Shown here: one piece after another, positions 43,701 to 56,000 of the stretch
Layout of the letters: each line of letters opens with the position of its first letter
Numbering within the stretch: the first letter of the stretch is position 1
Assembly: GCA_002633005.1 (NCBI GenBank)
Contig: NMRA01000082.1
Location: forward strand, 224,576-288,575
Direction of reading: 5' to 3'
DNA: 64,000 nucleotides
DNA from: Phoronis australis
Lineage: Eukaryota > Animalia > Phoronida
Translations under genes and position numbers: made by a program
The notes under the pieces: generated by a model
Told to the model about the DNA's origin: nothing
Database searches by the model: none
Seen by the model: the letters and a program-made list of their open reading frames with translations, nothing else

Positions 43701-45454
43701 GCTGATAAAATTTCCCAACAAGTTTGAATTATACTAGAACAAAAGTAAACAGAATCAATCTCTAACAGACCTGGCTTCACCTTCGCCGTACACTGTGCCG
43801 AGGCGTGCTCCGTGGAGCCACACTTGTAACATATGCCTGTGCCCTGGTCGACATCCCGCCGCACCTGTGGACACTGGGACACCTGGTGGCCAGGCTGTCT
43901 ACAGTTATAGCATACCTGAAATAGGCAATGTGTAGTTCTTAAACCAACACTGAATACCTTACCTAAAGGCATCCAAAGACTGCAGCAAAATTTGACTAAT
44001 TTTCGGAGAAAAACAATAGCATCGATTGCCCTTTTGTCAGTTTTTGATTGCCATAGTCAATGCATAGCCTGCCAAATCATGGCTTCTAGCTTGTCCTCGG
44101 CAATCTGGTCTACACAATGATGAAGATTAAACTTGAAGCATTGGCTATTCAATACAACATTAATTTCAGGGCCCTCCATCCCTCGACTTTCATTTTCCCC
44201 TGGAAAAAATTGAAAATCACGCGAAATTACCCTCATGAGGCCCAAAAAAATTCCCCCTTGATTGAAAAATTACCCTCGAGGTTCGAATCACTAGTATCTC
44301 ACTAAAGTGACAATTTGAAAGAGCACAAAACGCTTGGCTACATGAGGCAGAGCCTATGATGGCTTGCAAAAGAGTGGTGCTATTGATGGTAATTGGGAGG
44401 TAGAATTTTGCCCTCATCCCCAAAATCCCCTCGGAAGGCACAAGCACCTTTCCCTCGGATGAACGAGGGCCCTGAATTTATATGGAAGCATAATTTCTTA
44501 CACAAGCTCTCTTATTCACTGGTAAAGGCTTTTGGCATCTTATTAACCCAAAGTCAAGGACATTTTAAAAATAAAACGTGATGCGTGGTTAGTTATCTTT
44601 GAATCGCTAGATCCGAGCTAGATGAACAAGACAGTTCAATTTCAAAGTAAACTAAACGAATGTAATGCATCTAAACGAATCTGTCACTTTTAATCTTCTT
44701 GTTTGACAAAGTCCCTTAAAATCAATATATTCCAGAATAACTAAAATTTGTCGCATCTGCAACACTGGTGAGATTGAAAGCTAACATCATTTCACGTGTC
44801 ACTGTCCTGGGGGCGACGTGTGCCGAAAATAGTTGACGAAAACGATAGATGACGCAACAGCAGACAGCGAATACCATTGTAATGACCCTTGCAAACTATA
44901 AAGCATGGTGTGGTATACACTAAGATCAGCAGCACTAAGAGCAGAACATTTATCATTGCAATGTCACAATTGTAAACTGCATCATGAGGACAAGGCCTAC
45001 ATACAATAAACATTTCTGATTTCTACTTGGCATCTGGCCGTTTCTTTTCAAAACCCGGCATCACTACCCATCATGCAACAGCATCCTTTGCATTTACCTT
45101 TTTCGCTTGTCGTTCCTGTATCCGTTTTATTCTCCTTTGATTGCTTCTTTCCGTTTTCCAAAAGATCTCGGCAACTTCCTTTTCCTGTGGATTAGCACTT
45201 TTTACAAATGCCTCTTTCAGTTTCTTCTGATGCTCATAATCACTGCTTCTTTTGAAAGACTTTTTGTTACTGAAGTTTTTGTTTTTGTACACCTTTTTCG
45301 TACTTTCTTCCTGGTGTTTTTGTTGTTTTGTCAATGAAGATGGAATGTTGTTGCTACCGCTACCTTGAGGCTTGGAGTGCTTCAATTCTGACCAATTGCT
45401 GGCCTCCAGAGGCTTCTTCTTGTTGGAATCACTTCCTCGTGCCCAGCGCGTCAT
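40704..45454 (-). CDS. ZCCHC9: Zinc finger CCHC domain-containing protein 9, ~264 aa, four CCHC knuckles, 5 coding exons
   Basis: Exons 45098-45454, 43771-43915, 43184-43276, 41475-41546, 40704-40831 total 795 nt in frame. N-terminal MTRWAR; knuckles CYNCRQPGHQVSQC, CYKCGSTEHASAQC, CFVCGEMGHITKQCPDNPRGLY, CKMCGSVEHFKKDCP; C-terminal KVVKF*. Confidence 0.93.
42031..42283. mobile_element. ~250-bp MITE-like element in a ZCCHC9 intron
   Basis: Imperfect TIRs (CCCTGTTCCAAGAAACTGACTTAA / TTAAAGTCTGTTTTGTTGGAACGGGTC) with CTAG at both flanks. Internal inverted TTAAGATTTGTCTTA / TAAGACAAA subrepeats. Confidence 0.55.
44167..44474 (-). mobile_element. ~308-bp non-autonomous DNA transposon (TIR CAGGGCCCTC)
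   Basis: Perfect 10-bp TIRs CAGGGCCCTC...GAGGGCCCTG, with AATTT on both flanks. A second copy lies at 1760-2068. Confidence 0.8.
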
Positions 45455-47237
45455 TGCTTGTCTTCCTGAAAACAATCCAAATTGTGATGCATATCAGCGG
45501 TAAAATCTCACCAGTTTAGGATACAATATGGTTAACACGTGAAATCTTACTTTATCCTTTTTTTCACAAAACGCATGTAATAAAATTAAATAACAACCCA
45601 ACATTAAAGTACCACCAAACAAAGTTTTGAACAGTTGTGGGCAATTTTGGCAATTGTTTTTGTTTGAAATAAGTGATATTTCAAAATAAATTATCTGGAA
45701 GGCGATGAACAGAAAAAACCTATCTTGAAACACTTTTAGCAAATTCTTACTAAGCAAGATATAAATTGTAAATTGTCTTAACAAAAGTTTTCTTATTTGC
45801 GCTCCAGTTGAGGAAATACTTTAAGGACCACTTGGTTCACACTTGTCACAACCCAAAACACAAATCATAAACCAGGGCTGCGTTTCATAGACCATACTTC
45901 TTGTGAAAAATACAGGTCACACATGTGCCTCCAAGATACTGCCATGCACTACAAATGATTTTCTTGGCACTACGGACCACACCCAAGGTTGCCCAACCAT
46001 ACAAAATGTATTGCACAGCCTTCAATACCATGAATAAGAGACAGTACTATCAAATTCAGATCAATGAATTAAATAACGGAGGAATTACCACCCACACGAG
46101 CAAAGTACGACTCGAGAGCAACTTGAGTAGGCACACTTGGCCGTATGTACCTTAAACTTTGCTATGAGTTCTAGTCACTGCTAGCACTAAAATAAACTCA
46201 AACAAATCGAAATATTTCAAGGCAAGAGATGCCCAACTAGGCACAAGTTAAACATCTGTTTCATGAAAGTGCCTGAAGACATCAGACAGAATTTCGGTCT
46301 CAGTTACCACTTCAAAATTGATGAAAAGGGCTTCGCCCAGTAATAATGAGCACATTGCAATCTATAACAACTTCATAGAAATCATATTAATAGTCATCAG
46401 AAAATGTGAATATTCTCATACACCTTGAGATTTGATTGTTTTTCAGAAATAATTGCATGGATCACAGTGCATCAGGCCAAACAAGTCTCTTTTCATGAAA
46501 CGAATGAGTAACCATGCAACAAGACACACAGTTGACTTGGACAGTCACAAGACACCGTCTTATCATAATAGCTGGGGACACCAGATCTTTACTCAAGAGT
46601 TGAATACAAAGACTGATGACCACATACAAATTCTCCTGAAAGTGAAAATAACAGTTTTAAATTTCGGTTGCCTGTGAGCTAAGTGATGACCTTACAAAAA
46701 GCAAAACTCATAAGGCTTAAGTAAGTCATACATGTGAACTATGGACATCATGGTATACATTAAAAAGAGGAAAAGGAGAAAAGAAGCAGAACTCGTGAGT
46801 ACTTATATTATCTTTACAAAGACAGCCGGCCCACTTGTCTTATCTGGTTTTATCAACCTGTAATTATTGCCAAGTAAAATCATCCCCGTGTCAGACGTCC
46901 AGCCAGCAATCCACACAGTCAGTTACTGAAATTAGTCAAGTCACCGGTCACCAAAAATGGAGTTCTAATTTGAGAACAATTCACTCATGAGACCAATGCA
47001 AGGGTAAATCCAGGATTTTTAGTTGGAGGGGGGCAGGGCAGAGTATTAGCCAGGATTTTTCCAATCAGACATTCGCACCCCCAAACTGCAATTACAGTCA
47101 GAACACAAACTTACACAATCATGCTATTTCCTATTTTATGTTTGAATTCATAGGATGATGTGAAAACGTCTCACTTGGGGGCCGGAATTGGACTTTGAGC
47201 TGTTTAAAATACGTGTGGCCAAGTACTTACACTGAGG

Positions 47238-47663
47238 GTGTTGCAGCCCGAACTGATGCCTGCACCGAACTGATTTGGCACTCTTCAATATGGCGTGGGC
47301 GGGTGAGCCAAACCGATGCCAGCGCCACACTGAAGCTACAGGTGCTTCCAAATTATCGCCAGTGGTTTGGTCTTTTTGACGGCTATCAGAACTGAAATTG
47401 GCAACAATGAGTACTCTCGTATGCAGGTCACAAGGATTAATCACATCTGGGAAGTGTCCTGAGAAACTATGAGCCACCACCCTGTACTCATTGTCATCAA
47501 TTTCAGTTCTCATAACCGTTAAGAAACCCATAAACCAATACCAGTAATTTGGGTAATTACAGTAGCTTCAGCTTGGCTCAGGCATCAGGTTGGCTCATTA
47601 ACCCGTGCCAAATTGAAGTGTGCCAAATCAGTTTGACACAAACATCAGTTTGGGCTGCAACAG
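47238..47663. mobile_element. Foldback element with ~180-bp diverged inverted arms
   Basis: TGTTGCAGCCCGAACTGATG...AATGAGTAC (47238-47414) mirrors GTACTCATTG...CATCAGTTTGGGCTGCAACA (47484-47662). Confidence 0.75.
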
Positions 47664-48082
47664 GGCCATATTTCAGTATAAGTGGCACTGACAGAGTTTA
47701 TTTCAGACGGTATTGTAGTAATATTAGCCTGATAAAACCGGCGACCGTGTCAACCATTCAGCTAATAGGCAATTGCCCGTTAGCAAGAGGCTAACATAGG
47801 GTCATACGATTCACCGGAAGCACGCCTATGGCATTCCCTTCTTTCCTACATCACAGGCATGCCTCCTGGCTGCAGATCCTAGCAATACCCTAGCGTCCTG
47901 GAATTTGCCCTCAGCAACAAAACTGTGTTCCTGGAATTTGCCCTCAGCAACGCTCTCTCATGTCCTGTATCAACACCGGTTGCACCCTGTCTGACCTTCA
48001 CAGGCTCGTGAGTAGGTTTTGCTTCCTCGGTATATCATCCATTTGCCAACTGCGCCAATTGTAGTAATGGCCAAGATTACTT

Positions 48083-48143
48083 GACCTGGGAATCGAACCA
48101 GCGACCCCAATTAAACCAGCAAGCGTGCTAACCATTCAGCTAC
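48083..48143 (-). mobile_element. tRNA-derived SINE-like head (Pol III A/B boxes)
   Basis: Minus strand reads TAGCTGAATGGTTAGC (A box) ... GGTTCGATTCC (B box). No complete cloverleaf. Confidence 0.6.
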
Positions 48144-48891
48144 TAGGCAATTGCCCATTAGCAAGTGGCTAACAGAGGCTCAAATGATACACCGGAAACA
48201 CATCTATAACAGTATTTTAGAAAATACCCCAAGTGTACAGATATTCACCACGAATAACGATGGGATGATTGTGCTGGCCATTACACAGCTATATCAAAAC
48301 ACTGGAAATCTGACAAGATTTGCAATGCGTATTACCGCTACTGCCTGTTTTTAAAATACACTGGATGAGATCAGTAACTGATGGGGCGGAATGTTGTGAA
48401 CACTGAAACTGACATGTATATGACCCCTGACCTTTCAAGTCAGATTTGTTAGGTTTGCCTCATTGGTTGTTACGTGAACTCCTCTTGTGGTCAATTGGTC
48501 TATTGTTTTGGCCAATCAGGGCTTGCTGCTGATATTCAGGTTGTCCACTGAGCCTGTGTGATCAGTCTCTTTCGTTCTGGTTGCGTTACTGAAGAGATGT
48601 ACCTCTTGAGTTTTGGAAAGTTTCGCACAGCATTTACCTTTCAAGATATTTGAGAGTATTATTGAGAACTTTTGTGAATATTGCTGAGAAGTTTGTGCTG
48701 AAGAACTTCTCGTACTTTTTGACATGAATTGTTTAAAGTATTTGATACTCGATAGTCCAGTTTGGAAATGACTGTAAGTGTTTGGTGTCACGAAGGCGTG
48801 GTTGAAGTTAGTACCTCGTTCATGTGGATTGGCAGTCTGACATGGAGATGGGGAGAACTCCCTAACGGAACAGAGCGCAGTAAGTACTATC

Positions 48892-49507
48892 TTGCCTAGC
48901 CATCCAGCTAGCTGTATGAAGACTATCGTCAAAATACAGCTAGGTACCACTGTGTGTATTTCTTCTGTAGGCCCCGAAATTGCACACAGCAAGGGTAGGT
49001 CTGCTAGTCACCTCGCTGTGAAACTTGTATCAACATGTAAAACGAGAGACCGGACGGGGTGCATTACAAAATCTGGGAATCAACCGATACTCACCTTGCC
49101 TGTTACAGCCATTTATTAAATGATTTAAGTGAAAAAAATGTAATAAACGTCATTTTCTTGTGTAAATCTCCGCCTTTTCTTACAATGAAAAGAATGTTGT
49201 CGTTTTCAAAACAGTACACTCATGTCACGCGCCCGCACCATTTCCTAAATTTTTGCGACATCTCTCGGGAGATGATGATACCTTGGCAGCAGCAAAATTT
49301 CTTCTAAAATTCAGTTTTTCAGTATCAAAATTCTAAAAACTTATATATGAAGTGAAACCAGTACCGATAATTTGTTGTGACGTGTACACAACCTTGTGAA
49401 ACAACAACAGTTGAATGAAGAATCGGCGAAAAAAGAAACTGGCCAATAAGTGGCGCAATATTTCATGGCACCGAAAGCCATCGGCTCCCTAAAGATCGAT
49501 CTACAAC
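48892..49507 (+). repeat. Dispersed repeat, copy 2 (upstream of the ZCCHC9 CDS), with an extra ~130-bp internal block
   Basis: Colinear with 3608-4082, same orientation. Confidence 0.85.
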
Positions 49508-49618
49508 CACAGGCGTCCTCAGCTTCTGATCGTCCCCAATACACTACATATAATACTACAAGGTATGTAGTATTATATGTAGTGTATTGGGGACGACCAG
49601 AAGCTGAGGACGCCTGTG
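49508..49618. repeat. Near-perfect inverted repeat: 53-bp arms, 5-nt loop, 1 mismatch
   Basis: CACAGGCGTCCTCAGCTTCTGATCGTCCCCAATACACTACATATAATACTACA-aggta-TGTAGTATTATATGTAGTGTATTGGGGACGACCAGAAGCTGAGGACGCCTGTG. Confidence 0.97.
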
Positions 49619-49819
49619 TCTATAACAAGTCACTCAGTGAGGCTGTGTCAGTGTTTGACTGCGGAGGGTCTGTGTGAACCTGTGTAGCTCGGTGGAGTGC
49701 ATAGCCCCTGTATAAGCCAGCCGAAAGGCTACGTGCCTAACCCTACGGCAGCGGTGCTCGGAGGGTAGCAATGTCTAAACAACAAGTCCAGATATTAACC
49801 TTATCCGGGTAACCTAAGA

Positions 49820-49945
49820 CTCACCAAAGCCAGTTGAACAGTGAATGTTTTGACGCTTTCGTTTTCACGTGTTATTTTAAAAACCGGAAGTAAATAAACG
49901 AGAATGGGCGGTGTGCGAGAGGTCACGAGATCGAAGATGGCTGCC
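49820..49945. promoter_or_regulatory. Putative bidirectional promoter ZCCHC9(-)/MTMR10-like(+)
   Basis: E-box CACGTG 49866-49871, ETS/GABP-type ACCGGAAGT ~49883-49891, and YY1-like AAGATGGCTGCC 49934-49945. A minus-strand donor (G|GTGAGT) at ~49819-49825 fits a ZCCHC9 5'UTR exon. CpG is locally richer. Confidence 0.6.
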
Positions 49946-50006
49946 TACATTGGAAATAGACAATATTGTAAACTTTAACTTTTCAGCTACATATGAGAAG
50001 CTGACA

Positions 50007-53000
50007 ATGTCTAAAACATTTAAGTCTTACGTGGACTTTTCCAAGGAAAAGGAAGAGGTAGTTAATGGGGATATTAGACGAGCAAAATGTGTAAAATACA
50101 CCCTCAAGTTAACCACAACTGAAGCAGGAAGAAACCAGAAACTTCACTAGTTCAGGCTTTAGAATTAGAGTTTAGTCGAGGGAGACAAGTTTTATCGCCC
50201 GAGTTCCCTCTAAACTAGTTCTATATGAGATTCATAAGACCCGTGAATCATTAACCAGTTCGTTTCATTACTGCATTGTCACACAAGGATGTCAATTTAA
50301 CTTGTGACTGCCATCTGATCTGCTATGGATGTCAGTTAAAATAAAACTTTAAAGGCATTGCAAAAGATATTTGTCTGAAAGCTGTGGTGCACTACGAAAT
50401 TTGAGACATCAGAGCGGCTCATGAGCTCAACCATGCTATACATTATGCCAACCATTTTGTCATGTAAAGGTTAAAATTGGAGTAAACAGGTTGGACCGAC
50501 CCTTCCTCAAAGTGGCTACTGGGAATCAGTTTTCCTGAATAACAGCAATGTCCGTTAGTGTTTCCGGTGGCCTTTTTGAAGAGGGACGTGTTTACTCCAC
50601 TTTTAACATGGAAAGCACTTTTCAAACAGTGAATAAGGTAACAGAGTTTTTTGGGCATACAGTATAACATAAGTGGCGGTGTTTTTTATCTTTATTGCTC
50701 ACTGAACAAACCCCAAATTAATTCAATTGACCAGGTGCATCACTGATGTGGCTTTCGTGTATATTTGTTTTGATCTGACAAAGATTAAAAGTTCTCATAG
50801 CACATCCTGAATAATCACCGATTAGTAGAATAATTTAGACAAGTTCTTCTAAACTGTTCAAATTCGGCCAGTGACCTACAAATATGTCAACTAATGGCCA
50901 ATTGCTCAAAACAAGGTGTCATTGGTTACTAATGAGAGGCCAAATTATTTCATAACAAGCACAACTTAAGTGTGCGTTTTGAGAACCTGTTTTCTCCACT
51001 GAATAATGGGCGTCAAACTGGTTCTCAAAATGCGAGACGACTGTAAGTGACTGGTGGAGTGGTAGTAAGTCATATTTTAAGTCAAAAATTAAGTTTTAAC
51101 CGAAGACAGGTTTCAGGTTTAAGTGTTGTTCCTAAACCCTGCAGTATTTGGAAACTGAAGATAAATATTCATCATTTCCAGAATGAACTCAAAGAGTTAG
51201 CCCTTGCCAGCCTTGATGTGGAGTTAAAACCGGTCTTACTTCCAGGTAAGGTCCTTGTAATAGTGTTAGCTTAACCATTGTACATTGGACATGTGTGGAT
51301 TGCCAACAGAAGACTATTGAGTGCTGCACTGACAGGTCGACATTTCCTTTCAATGTAAAAAGAATGAATAATTTTACTTTAAAGTAATAGTTCTGTCCTG
51401 TAAGCTCCATCCTAACCAGTTTATGACCATGGTAATGAAGAAATTTTTTGTGAGCAAGTTTTTGTAACCGTTGCGTATTAAGTTTAATCAAAACATGCCA
51501 CTTGTCATTTGATACTAGTTGTCGTTAACTTAGTAATACCTTAACAATGCTCACTATATCTTGTCACTGATTTGAAAATTAATATAATGTACTAATTTAT
51601 TATGTCATTTTTACTCATTTGATGATGCGACTTATAATGGGATAGTTGTGTTACTACTTTCTTAGTCTTGACTTAATGCACTGTGAATATTAATTTTAAT
51701 TCTTAAGCTCAGCACCTTGTTAACACTGATGTATGCATTCACTTATGTTTAAAAAAAATTTGATTGTGATGATTTTCCTGTGATCTTTAACGGTCGAGTA
51801 CCGATTTTGAACGTTTTGGCCCACTGTGATGCAAAATTACTGTTTTTGATGTGATACTTTTTGAAAATACTAAAACAAAGATCCGTGGTCAGGACAACTT
51901 GGACAGATAGTTTTCCTATTGATTACTGTCCATGGAACAGTAGAAAGTTGTGTAAGCGGCCCAGCAATAGGCTTGCATTTTGGTTCCGCATTCGCTGTTA
52001 TTGAGCTAATAAGACGTATATGTTCCTCAATGGTAGGTTGGGAAATCTACTCATGCTGTGTATAGAAAAGTACATTTTCTGAAAAGTTTCTCTTGACCTT
52101 ATTATGCCCTGTAAAGTTGTCGAACCAACTAAACACAAGTTTTCAAAACTGCAACAAAAGATGAATTCTTGTCAAATATAAACTCATGGCACAGAATAAA
52201 AGTTCATGGTTGAATGTACTTTTCCTAATAGCCATTTCATACACCACGACTGTACTGAGAGCCCACTTACTAGAATGCCATGTGACCGATTCAAATGCAA
52301 CATTACTGTAAATGCGACAGTCACTCAAAATTTAATTTCCATGCCTTACTGCTTTAAACACATTTAAAACAAAATTATTTCAAGTGCTGCCCTAGAACCA
52401 TTGTGTATTAGTTGTAAAGCTAATGTCCAAGTTAAACACCACAATGAAGAGAATTTATTTCTTTGAATTCCATAAAAAACAGATTTTCTTGCTATCTGGG
52501 CAACCAGCCAACGATTTAATGAATTTTTACTTGATCTCTGATTTTATTACCCACACTGCTGACTGGGTGAGTGGCTAAGTGCATCCCTGCATATGACAGA
52601 CTACTGTAATTTCAATTTTCTCACTCTTTTAATGAAATGTAATACTACGTAGCACCAAATTTAAGCTTTATCAAGTTGTTTCATATCTACCAACTGTCCC
52701 TATTTCGAAAAATTGTGTGTAGTAACGTTAAAAGCCCCCTTGAAAAATGTATGAAAGGCAATTTTGGCAAATATTTTTATCCAAAATTGGTGAAAATTGA
52801 CATTATGCCACGAGTGATTAGATGATTGAATGTCAGTTGTAAGCAGTTTATCCCGTTCAATCTGCCATCTTTTTGGTCACATCACGCGACCTAATGAATG
52901 TCAGTGTTTTATGGTCTTCATATTTCTGTTCTCTGCAGGGGAGCTCCTCATCGCTGAATGCCAGGGTGTCCTACGATTCAACAACTACGCGGAACGGAAG

Positions 53001-56000
53001 CAGGGGGTCTCCGGCGCTGTCTTTGTCACCAATTATAAAATCAGTTTTGTCTCCATTGACAAAGTCGACAAAGAAGAGGTATGAGCAGAATACGAAAATA
53101 CAAACTAGTGAATGTAGAACTGATTGCGCAGGTTATAAGATATTTGCTTACTGATGGAATCGAAAATTTAATTGAAATTAGGGCATGAATTGTGATAATA
53201 GCAAAACTTTTTCATACCATTGTAATTGCGCTTCCATTTGGCAACATATATAGAAACTACCCAGTGCAAAACTTGATTTTATTCACAATCTGCAAATTAA
53301 CTTGCTTAGGCAACGCTCTTGTGGTAAGCCTCCATATTTAACTTTGTTTCGAAAAGAAATAGATCTGTATTACTGTTCCGAAAAATACCTTTGTTCAAAA
53401 CATTTACTTAAAGTATTGTACAAGTTTACAAATAGATGGTCAACAAAGGTTTATTAACAATGTAAAGCTACATTTTGTGAATCCGTATCTTCATCTCCCC
53501 TCTTCAGAAATGTACAGTTATACAATCTACTCTGCATGTTTTGTTTATCAAAAGGCAGCTTGGATTTACATTTTACTTTTAGTTAAATCCTACACACACC
53601 TTTGTCCTTGCTCATCTGAACTGGGAAAATAAAAAAATAGTAAGAAAATTGTTTACTGGAGGAGTCAAAAATTGAGGAAGAAGTGAATTATTATAATAGT
53701 TGTAAATTTAAGTTTCATTTCCAACCACTGCTGCTTCCAGCTGTGCTATAAATTAAACAAGAAACAACAACAATACTCTCTTGAATCAAATTCATTTTGT
53801 CACTTGATTCTGTTGGTTTTGTTTCTTTTTAAATAATTTGCAGCCTGAAATGAATCGCGTAGATTTTGTGACTTAGTTTTTCGTTTAGAAAACACGTCAC
53901 AGAAGAAATCTGTTGCTGGATGAAGATGATATCTCTCTCAACTGTGTCGACTCTGTCTATCAAGGTAACGGCATTTCATTTCTACTACATTTACTTCATG
54001 CAATTGAAAATTTTTAATTGTACTACATAAAATCTTTGGAGTTTACAGTCATAGTATTTGCTCATTCCAAAGATCGAAAATTATGGAATTTGGCAGAATT
54101 TTAGCCGAGATCTTTACATATTAGTATACTCTCGTATCAGAAGTTTACAAAAAAGTGTTGACAGCATTTGCTGAAATTCGGCTAGATTCTATGCCATTGT
54201 GATGGCGAAATCCCACAAGGAAACCTCGATGAAAGTTACACTGTAATTTTATAACTTAATTTAACTTTTAGCGTAGAAATGTACCACAAGAAGAGAGTAG
54301 CACCTGTTATCTTAGAAGTATGTCTTCATTTTGTCATATGACAAATAAGCTGTCAGTGCTATTGGAGCAATAGTCATGTGTAGGCTCCACATTTTGAGAA
54401 CCAGTTTGGGGCCTGTTATTCAGTGGAGAAAACTGGTTCTCAAAATGTGGGCCTCTGTAACTTACTATTACGTGCTATTGCTTGTTGGATATAACGCATA
54501 TATTGTCTAAAAGCAGTTTTGAATTCAGCTTCCAACATCAAACAGCATCTGGATTAGCACCAAACAATTTAACATGTAAATTTACCCTTTATGATAACAT
54601 AAATCAAAATATATTGTGTAAACTAAGTTCAAATTATTGTGTAATCATAATGTATTTGTGCCTACTGTGAGAGTATTATGTCAGACTGCTTCATGTACAA
54701 TAATTTAAAAGTATGCAATCGTATTTCACAGTGTCAAAAGGACGGAGGAGGAGGCTACTGCCATCTACTGGCATTTCTGGCCGAGTGAAGAAAGTCGATA
54801 TTTATTGCAAAGTTAGTTACATTGAAGGCATTTGTTTCATTTTCACTGATTTGTGTTTGCTTCATGAAGACTTTCGCATTGGGGAAAATTTTGAAAGGAA
54901 TTTCTAATTGAAATACTCCAAATTGTTGTGGTAAACTGACCCTATTGTCATTTGTTTTTTTTGCGTTCAATTTTGAGTATGTTTTTAAGACAGTGGTGAT
55001 ATTTGTAATGTGTTGGAAGTTAAGTTCACAATACCCGCTCATCACTAAAGTGCACAACTTAGTTGAGCTCTTCTCTATATTCACCACGTTATGCTAAAAA
55101 CGAACCTTTATCCTTGGCTGCTGTGTTTGGTAGATAAACTGTGTTCATATTTTTTAATAACTACATTTCAAATCATGGATGGGTTTATTTTCTAGTGATT
55201 CCATCCTCACTATTGTTGCAGTACTTGAAGATGTCTTATTTTCTAGTCCTGTCTTGGACGCAAAGTCTTAATCATACAATTTGAACTTTCCTTTTAGGAC
55301 TTCAGAATTCATCGCTTTAGTTTCAAGTTTGTGCGAGATAAAGGACAGGATAAAAAGGTTTGTTTCCTTGGATACAAATTTACTGTCTCGATAATAACCA
55401 ACGTGTATGGTTTCCAACTTTGTGAGATGCGTTGCTGTTGCTCTCATGCCTTGTGGCATTTTCTTTCTTTCAAACGATTTCTGAAAAGAATGTAGGAGTT
55501 ACTGGAGTAGGTAGTTGAACTGTTAACAACAAAACAAGAGTCCAAATGTCTGGAGAGCGGCAGGAGGTATCAGGCGTGCTCCGGCTACACAGGCGTTCCC
55601 GTTTCATTAATCACTTGATTAAGACTCGAGGGGATCCCTCAGCATGAGGTTCCTCTTGGGTAAAGTCATATAATCTTCTCGTTCTTCTCAGTTTGTAAAC
55701 TTTTCAGGTTTTACAAGCAATTCTTCATCATGCATTTCCCTCCAAGGTCGAGCTCATGTTTGCATTTGAATACAATGGAGAAAACACTAGGCAGAGGAAA
55801 GGTGAGTGAACTGTCAAAGATGCGGCTGCGTGAGGTTGTTTTAAGAAAGGTTTTTGGTGAATTATGGGTCTATTATTTGAACCTCGAACATGAAGTCCCT
55901 TGCAGCTAATTAAAAAGAAAATTATATTCAAAGCAGAAATTATACTTTTCACAAAAGGGTGGTCTCATGATCAAAATCAATAACTACGGCTTGATGAGTT

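Noticed and set aside
48516-48992. 158-aa minus-strand ORF and neighbouring 47-49 kb ORFs
   Set aside because: No recognisable domain, they overlap non-coding repeats, and there is no supporting exon structure.
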